The translations under genes were made by a program, and so were the position numbers. This document shows, piece after piece, positions 58,432 to 64,000 of a stretch of 64,000 nucleotides of DNA (positions are counted from its first letter, which is position 1; each line of letters begins with the position of its first letter). Location: the IMG/VR virus record IMGVR_UViG_3300014204_000120, positions 64,001 through 128,000 of that record; one strand, 5' to 3'. The notes under the pieces were generated by a model. That model worked only from the letters and a program-made list of their open reading frames with translations. It searched no databases and was not told where the DNA came from. Source of the DNA: a virus. Its lineage: Duplodnaviria; Caudoviricetes.

Positions 58432-58827
58432 ATGGATCGTTTATATGAATTAGCAGAAAAACAAGCTGTACTAACCGAAGAATTACAAACATTAGAAAAC
58501 AAAGTCAATTATACGGAAAGAGAAATTAAATCAACAGAAGAATCAATTAAAGAACTTAAACTTCAAAGAGATACAGCAGCTTTTAAATTTGTTCGTTCTA
58601 AAATGGCTGATATTCTTTTAAAAATTGCACCTAAACATAAAATCCCAATGGATAGAGAAATATCAGTTCCTATATCAAACGATTCAAATATGACAGTTAA
58701 AGTGCCTTATACTAAAGATAAAGAATGTTCAGACGAAGATCCTTTTAATGTATCTATATGTCCAAGATGTGCTTTATTACATTTTAGTTCTATAATGGAT
58801 AGAACTATTGCTGAGTATTATTCATGA
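58432..58827 (+). CDS. Coiled-coil hypothetical protein
   Basis: Start moved to ATG 58432; CSD...CPRC. Confidence 0.6.
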   Translation: MDRLYELAEKQAVLTEELQTLENKVNYTEREIKSTEESIKELKLQRDTAAFKFVRSKMADILLKIAPKHKIPMDREISVPISNDSNMTVKVPYTKDKECSDEDPFNVSICPRCALLHFSSIMDRTIAEYYS

Positions 58828-59492
58828 AAAAAACTAAACGTAGAAGAAATAAAATTGTTGTTAAAGTTGATATGCCTATACTTGAAACAACTCTTGCAAT
58901 TAAACTCATTAAAAAAATTGCAACGATTAATAATTTATGTTTTGATTTAACTGTTGCTTATAATTATAACTTAAAAGATTGTGGTGAATATAGACCTTAC
59001 GAAAAAACTTCATTAAATTGTATATATGTAAATCCTTTAGTATGTGGTAGAAGATATGAAGAAACACCAGAACCATTTTGCCCAGGTTATGTTTCAGATA
59101 TGACTTTATTTGGAGTAACAATACACGAATTTTGTCATTATATGCATTTTAGAATTTTTCCTAACATGTTAAACGATTATAAAGATCAATTCCCAACTGA
59201 AAGATTCTATTTAAATTGTTATAGTAATAACGAACTAATGGATGAATTAGCTGAAACAATGACTCTTTATATCACTAATCCATATCTATTAAGACTTATA
59301 TCTAAAAAACATTGGTATTTCTTTAAACAATACTTTATATCTCCTGTTGCTTGTACATTTAGTAGATGTAAATATATATTCAGTAAATTTCCTATTGATG
59401 TTAAAGAACACTGTAAGAAAAAATTTGGTATAGTTTATAATATTTCTGATGATACTTTTGATAAAATTGATAATAAAATAGAAACAAAATGA
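58824..59492 (+). CDS. Zincin-like HExxH protein
   Basis: IHEFCH...ELAE. Confidence 0.65.
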   Translation: MKKTKRRRNKIVVKVDMPILETTLAIKLIKKIATINNLCFDLTVAYNYNLKDCGEYRPYEKTSLNCIYVNPLVCGRRYEETPEPFCPGYVSDMTLFGVTIHEFCHYMHFRIFPNMLNDYKDQFPTERFYLNCYSNNELMDELAETMTLYITNPYLLRLISKKHWYFFKQYFISPVACTFSRCKYIFSKFPIDVKEHCKKKFGIVYNISDDTFDKIDNKIETK

Positions 59493-59749
59493 ATAATGAT
59501 AACGAAGAAGTAAGTTATGTATCACGAAAGGATTGGATAAGAATAACTGTATTACCTTATTCAGATTATTTTCCAATTGTTCAAAAAATATTAAGAATAA
59601 TTGCACCTAAACAAAAAGAAATAACGATTAAAGTATTAAATAAACGTAAAAGCCAAGCTAAACGTAAAGAAGTTAAAGATTTGTTTAAACTAGTTTTTGA
59701 TGATGAAGAACAATGTGGATTTGAATTTTTTATGAAAGAAGGTGAATAA
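59489..59749 (+). CDS. Hypothetical protein
   Basis: Coupled ORF. Confidence 0.55.
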   Translation: MNNDNEEVSYVSRKDWIRITVLPYSDYFPIVQKILRIIAPKQKEITIKVLNKRKSQAKRKEVKDLFKLVFDDEEQCGFEFFMKEGE

Positions 59750-59952
59750 TGGAAATAGGTGATAAAGTTACTTATAAGTCATTTAATAAAATAGAGCATG
59801 GTATTGTTAAAAGGTTATCAGATGAAAATCATGCTTTTGTAGTCTATCATTGTGCTGGTAATTGGGACCGATACTTTGATTACACTGCAGCTAGAACTGA
59901 TATACGTGATTTAGTTCCAGGATGGATTAAAGAAGAAAATAATGGAGAATAA
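59749..59952 (+). CDS. Small SH3-like hypothetical protein
   Basis: IGDKVTY...GIVK...FVVY. Confidence 0.6.
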   Translation: MEIGDKVTYKSFNKIEHGIVKRLSDENHAFVVYHCAGNWDRYFDYTAARTDIRDLVPGWIKEENNGE

Positions 59953-59955
59953 ATT

Positions 59956-60267
59956 ATGAAGTTAAAAAAACAACTAGATATTAAAGATCTTATTAAGAAG
60001 AAAAAATATTGTGATTATAGAAAATTACATGAAGTACATTTAACTGATAGTTATGGTATATGTGATATAATAGGTGGAATTAATGAAATTATTCGTTTTA
60101 TAAATGGCGAGATAATTCCTTCATTGCAAAATAAAGAAGAAACATTTGAAACAATTATATTATTAAATAAATTATGTTCTCTTACTGATGGAATAAATAA
60201 CAAGAATAATCAATTAGAAGCAAAAAATGTTATTAAAGAATTAAAAGAAATTATAATGAAAGGATAA
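59956..60267 (+). CDS. Hypothetical protein
   Basis: ORF with RBS. Confidence 0.55.
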   Translation: MKLKKQLDIKDLIKKKKYCDYRKLHEVHLTDSYGICDIIGGINEIIRFINGEIIPSLQNKEETFETIILLNKLCSLTDGINNKNNQLEAKNVIKELKEIIMKG

Positions 60268-60270
60268 TTT

Positions 60271-60630
60271 ATGAAACAGATTTTTGTTGCTATTGTAATG
60301 TTATTTACTTCTATGCACGTATGGGCTGAAGATACTGTATGTGACTCATGTATACCATATATGTACTTAGAAAAACAAAGTGATGTTGGTAAAGGTATTG
60401 CTACTGGCGGAATTTTATTCGTGCTTTTAGGACCGATAGGAATATTAGGAGTTCTTAATAATACTAAATGGGTATCAAATTCAGTATGTATAAACGAAAA
60501 GCGTAAGGATTGGTTTGCTGCTTATGATGCAAATACTAATTCAGGAGTTTATAAATATGCATCAATAGCTGATAGTCTTGTGTATAATCAATTTAAAACC
60601 AAAAATGCATTATGTGTAAAGAAACCATGA
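60271..60630 (+). CDS. Exported/membrane hypothetical protein
   Basis: Signal peptide plus hydrophobic segment. Confidence 0.6.
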   Translation: MKQIFVAIVMLFTSMHVWAEDTVCDSCIPYMYLEKQSDVGKGIATGGILFVLLGPIGILGVLNNTKWVSNSVCINEKRKDWFAAYDANTNSGVYKYASIADSLVYNQFKTKNALCVKKP

Positions 60631-60661
60631 AAGTCCAAACCATATAAAGTGAGGAGCCATC

Positions 60662-60790
60662 ATGGCAGGAGATGAGTGGTACTTCGGCCCAAGTGTGGAG
60701 TGTAGGATGCCCTTTGCATTGCAGTTGGTATTGTTCGTGGTGGTCGTATCAAGCATCACTTGGATGGTTTGGTTTGCCTATAAAGGATAA
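60662..60790 (+). CDS. 42-aa membrane protein (not in ORF track)
   Basis: GAGGAG RBS; MAGDEWYFGPSVECRMPFALQLVLFVVVVSSITWMVWFAYKG. Confidence 0.55.
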   Translation: MAGDEWYFGPSVECRMPFALQLVLFVVVVSSITWMVWFAYKG

Positions 60791-60793
60791 TTT

Positions 60794-61132
60794 ATGAAAC
60801 TTTTAGATGATTATTTAAAATTAAAAGAAGAAATATTTGATTACTTTGGTTATAAAGAAGACTGGAAGGTTATACCAATTGATGATGCACGTGAATATTA
60901 TTGGAGTTTAACAGGTGAAGGTTATGGTGATGAAGTAAAATTTGCTAAAGATAAAGATAATGTTTTTGAAGGAACTGAAGATGATGGATATTCAAATGAA
61001 ATATATACAGAAAGATTTCATCGTAAGTGGGTCCATCGAGGTAAAGATTATACAATGATTTGTGTTGATACTCATACTGATGGTAATCAGTTCTTACAAA
61101 TATTTGATAATACAAAAGAAATTAAAGAATAA
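60794..61132 (+). CDS. Conserved phage hypothetical protein
   Basis: YFGY.EDW..IPIDD...TMI.VDTHTDGN.FL.IFDN. Confidence 0.7.
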   Translation: MKLLDDYLKLKEEIFDYFGYKEDWKVIPIDDAREYYWSLTGEGYGDEVKFAKDKDNVFEGTEDDGYSNEIYTERFHRKWVHRGKDYTMICVDTHTDGNQFLQIFDNTKEIKE

Positions 61133-61141
61133 TAAATTACT

Positions 61142-61303
61142 ATGAAAACTAAAAAGCATTGGTATTTTATTACAATTCGTAAATGTTGTTTATGTGGTAA
61201 AACATATGAATATCGTGAAAGAAGATATACTAAAAAACCAAAAGATAGAAGTAAATGTATTGATTATAGTAATCAAACAGCTTGTTCAAGTCATTTTATA
61301 TGA
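61142..61303 (+). CDS. 53-aa Cys-containing protein (not in ORF track)
   Basis: MKTKKHWYF...CCLCG...RERRY...AC..H. Confidence 0.6.
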   Translation: MKTKKHWYFITIRKCCLCGKTYEYRERRYTKKPKDRSKCIDYSNQTACSSHFI

Positions 61304-61327
61304 TGAATTTAATTAAAAGGAGTTCTA

Positions 61328-61534
61328 ATGAAATGGAAGAATGTGTTAATTGATACCATTATTATATTTGTATTAGTATGGGTGAGTTATATTATTTTTA
61401 CATTACTTAAATTAGAATGGAATAGTAATATATGGTTTACGGGTTATATGTGTTCGTGTGTTCATGATATAATAAAATTAATAATTAAAGAAGTTAAAGT
61501 ACACCATAATAAAGGAGGATATAATGTCAAGTAG
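61328..61534 (+). CDS. Small membrane protein
   Basis: AAGGAG RBS; hydrophobic N-terminus. Confidence 0.55.
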   Translation: MKWKNVLIDTIIIFVLVWVSYIIFTLLKLEWNSNIWFTGYMCSCVHDIIKLIIKEVKVHHNKGGYNVK

Positions 61535-61722
61535 CAGTTCAAGTTCATCAGGTGGTATTGGATTTCTTGGATTACTTACTATTGTTTTTTATTGTGCTTA
61601 AATTATTAGGTAAAATCACATGGTCTTGGTTATGGGTTTTAGCGCCAATGTGGATACCTATAAGTTTAGCTATAGTAATTTTTATCATTCTTGGTATTTG
61701 CTACGTTTGTTTTAAACGATAA
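61524..61722 (+). pseudogene. Small phage membrane protein (GIGFLGLLTIVFIVLKL.G.I.WSW.WVLAP.W) with +1 frameshift
   Basis: AAGGAGG RBS; an extra T in T6 run 61585-61590 breaks the frame. Confidence 0.7.
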
Positions 61723-61777
61723 TATACAACAACTTATAGATCGTGTATGTTTTTAAATGAATATGAAAGGATAATTT

Positions 61778-61978
61778 ATGAAAACTTTCTATATTATATG
61801 TTTACTTGGTTTGTTTGTTCTAATTGGTGAAGTTATGTCTGTGGTTAAATGTATTCATTCAGATTGGCTTCCTCCTTATAAACGTGAAATAATCTATGGA
61901 GCAGCTGCACTTACTGGATTAGGCGGAATTGTAGGATATTTTAATATTCAAGATAATAAACCTAATAACATTCAATAA
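61778..61978 (+). CDS. Small membrane protein
   Basis: Two hydrophobic segments; RBS. Confidence 0.6.
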   Translation: MKTFYIICLLGLFVLIGEVMSVVKCIHSDWLPPYKREIIYGAAALTGLGGIVGYFNIQDNKPNNIQ

Positions 61979-61991
61979 TATAAATATTATA

Positions 61992-62258
61992 ATGAACAAC
62001 AAAATACCAGCTTTGTTAGACGGCGAAGGCGAATTTGATTATACTAATGTTCGTGTCTGCCCTAAATGTGGTAATATAAATCTATCTATTGATATTACTA
62101 CAAATAAAACTATATGTACTAAATGCAATGAACAAAGTAACGAAATTAAAACTGCAAACTTCCAAAAAATTAACGAAGATCTAATAGAAAAAGATAATAA
62201 AGAAATAGAACAAGCAATTAAGCAAGGCACTAAAATTTCTATTGAAGGATTTAAATGA
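61992..62258 (+). CDS. Zn-ribbon protein
   Basis: CPKC...CTKC. Confidence 0.6.
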   Translation: MNNKIPALLDGEGEFDYTNVRVCPKCGNINLSIDITTNKTICTKCNEQSNEIKTANFQKINEDLIEKDNKEIEQAIKQGTKISIEGFK

Positions 62259-62872
62259 CAGATAACGATAAATTATTTATTGGTAATGCAATAAGCCACT
62301 TAAATAATAAACATATAGAAGTTATATTCTCTAAACAAAATAACGTATACCAAGAACACGAAAAAATTAAATGTACTGGTTACTTCGATTGTAAAAATAA
62401 AAGTCTAGTCGTTGCAACTGGTTTACCGCAAAAAAACTGGCTACCAGTATTTTTACACGAATATTCTCATTTTATACAATGGCTTAATAAAGATAAACTA
62501 TTTTATAAACTAATTGAAAATAAAAATCTACAAAACTATTTTTGGTATTGGTTACAAGGTCAAGAAATCAGACCTAAATCTAAAGTTATTGAATCAGCAA
62601 GAGCTATTCAAACTATGGAATATGAATGCGAAAAAATTGTATTTAATTTACTACAAAAAAATAAACTAAGCATATTATATCAAGATTATGTTAAATATGC
62701 TAACATTGATGTATTATTTTATAACGTAGTTTTAAAATATCGTAGATGGTACGATATACCTCCGCATACAATACAATCTATATTAGATATAATTCCAATT
62801 GAACCAATAGATGATATAACTAAGGTAATACCTTTATTTAATGAACTAGTTCTTAAAAATTGTTTTAAATAA
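62255..62872 (+). CDS. Zincin-like HExxH protein
   Basis: GYF...LHEYSH.IQW...E.ECE. Confidence 0.65.
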   Translation: MTDNDKLFIGNAISHLNNKHIEVIFSKQNNVYQEHEKIKCTGYFDCKNKSLVVATGLPQKNWLPVFLHEYSHFIQWLNKDKLFYKLIENKNLQNYFWYWLQGQEIRPKSKVIESARAIQTMEYECEKIVFNLLQKNKLSILYQDYVKYANIDVLFYNVVLKYRRWYDIPPHTIQSILDIIPIEPIDDITKVIPLFNELVLKNCFK

Positions 62873-62875
62873 CTC

Positions 62876-62904
62876 TTGACAAATTAATGGCGTTGATGTA
62901 TATT
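62876..62904 (+). promoter_or_regulatory. Sigma70-type promoter TTGACA-17-TATATT
   Basis: Perfect -35, 17-nt spacer, intergenic. Confidence 0.8.
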
Positions 62905-62946
62905 GTTTGAGATGAAACAAAAATCACTCAAACAGAAAGGTTTTAT

Positions 62947-64000
62947 ATGTCAGCCAATTTGAGTTATAACAAAGATGGAAAAGCGGAAATGTTCAGTGGT
63001 TCCGGAATTATACCTTGGCATAAAGAAGGTACGGTAATTTCCGGTCGTGCAACAGCCAGCGAAGCTTTGAAATTGGCTTCATTGAATTGGACTGTTGAAG
63101 GCTTCCCGGTCTTCTACAATAGTAATAATGACAAGTTGTTCAGTCCGGTTCAAATCCCAAATCAGTTTGTTAATCGCCGCACAGATAAAGACGGGACCGA
63201 TTCTATTCTTGGGATTGTTGGAAAGAATTATCAGGTCGTGCAGAATGTTGATTGCTTTGACTTCTTCGATTCAATCATTGAGGCTAATCAGGCAATTTAT
63301 GAATCTGCCGGTGCTTTGGATAACGGCAGAAAAGTTTGGATCCTCGCGAAACTCCCTTCACAGATTAAACTTCGTGGTGATGATATTGTTGATAAGTTCG
63401 TACTGCTTGCCACTTCACATGATGGTTCAACTAATCTGATGGCAAAAATGACTGGTGTTCGTGTTGTGTGTCAGAATACTCTTCGTGCCGCAATGTCTGA
63501 TAAGAGTGAAACTGTGCGTATCAGGCATAGTACCAATGCAAAGGATAAGATTGCTGAGGCTGCTCGTGTTCTTGGATTGGTTAATACTGAGTGGGAGAAG
63601 GCAAAAGACCGGTATGAACACCTTACGGAAGTTAAGGTTGATACGATGATGGTTGATTATTTCTTGGCTTATGTGCTTCCTTCAGTCGGTGTTAATCCTA
63701 CACGTGCAACAAATATGCGTCAGGTTATTCAGGAATTGTTTGAAAGCAAAGGTAAAGGTTGTACGTTTGACAGCAGCAAAGGTACGGCTTGGGGTTTGTA
63801 TAATGCTGTTACGGAATATATCACCCACGTTAAGACTTATAAAGAAAATACCAGTAAACTTGATGCAATTTGGTTTGGATCCGGAGATTCATTGTCTGGT
63901 AAGGCTTTTGAGTGTGCTATGAGCCTTGATAATACCAGCCGCGCAAAAATGGAAGACTTGGTTAATACTGAAAAGAAAAAGACGAAGGAATGGGAAAGTC
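62947..64000 (+). CDS. DUF932 / phage-plasmid TIGR03299-like protein, 3'-truncated by window edge (not in ORF track)
   Basis: Open frame from ATG 62947: PWH..G, SHDGS, VRVVCQNTL, IRHS, GTAWGLYNAVTEY. Confidence 0.88.
   Translation, partial: MSANLSYNKDGKAEMFSGSGIIPWHKEGTVISGRATASEALKLASLNWTVEGFPVFYNSNNDKLFSPVQIPNQFVNRRTDKDGTDSILGIVGKNYQVVQNVDCFDFFDSIIEANQAIYESAGALDNGRKVWILAKLPSQIKLRGDDIVDKFVLLATSHDGSTNLMAKMTGVRVVCQNTLRAAMSDKSETVRIRHSTNAKDKIAEAARVLGLVNTEWEKAKDRYEHLTEVKVDTMMVDYFLAYVLPSVGVNPTRATNMRQVIQELFESKGKGCTFDSSKGTAWGLYNAVTEYITHVKTYKENTSKLDAIWFGSGDSLSGKAFECAMSLDNTSRAKMEDLVNTEKKKTKEWES

Noticed and set aside
61524-61553. Poly-Ser N-terminus as another member of the GFVSNSSSSS family
   Set aside because: Lacks the KIRxGFVSN part; belongs to a separate membrane protein family
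61979-61986. Further TATAAATA late-promoter match
   Set aside because: Only 5 nt from the ATG, and this octamer is expected many times by chance in such AT-rich DNA
4434-63621. All short minus-strand ORFs in the track
   Set aside because: Each lies antisense to well-supported plus-strand genes, shows no recognisable motif, and reads as a shadow frame
63095-63922. Track ORFs 63095-63439, 63455-63649, 63653-63922
   Set aside because: Alternative frames of the DUF932 gene starting at 62947
1-64000. Stop-codon reassignment as in some large phages
   Set aside because: Standard-code ORFs tile the window; TAA, TGA and TAG all end genes at expected positions

Overview
AT-rich, densely coding, single-strand (+) segment of what is most plausibly a large (jumbo/T4-like) phage genome using the standard code, with sigma70-type promoters and Shine-Dalgarno sites. 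It divides into five blocks. (1) 1-15.1 kb: a glycan / nonulosonic-acid biosynthesis and modification cluster (glycosyltransferases, epimerases, NeuA, NeuB, a Maf-like protein, methyltransferases, a class III aminotransferase and three radical SAM enzymes). (2) 15.2-31.4 kb: about 23 genes, most starting with a T4 capsid-targeting-like N-terminal peptide, including a CCA-adding enzyme, a GNAT, a HAD phosphatase and three paralog families. (3) 31.7-38.2 kb: an NAD-dependent DNA ligase split cleanly into two genes. Between the halves sit a radical SAM enzyme and six proteins sharing an almost invariant N-terminus, MK(I/V)RxGFVSNSS(S/T)SS(F/Y). (4) 40.8-50.4 kb: a complete deamidating NAD salvage route (PncA, PncB, NadD, NadE) plus a Nudix hydrolase and RNA-repair-associated domains. 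(5) 51-64 kb: accessory genes (AAA ATPase, GH5 glycosidase, amidohydrolase, methyltransferase, HExxH proteins, DUF932 protein running off the end). No tRNA, rRNA or CRISPR array was seen. All family calls come from motif recognition by eye; no database search was run.
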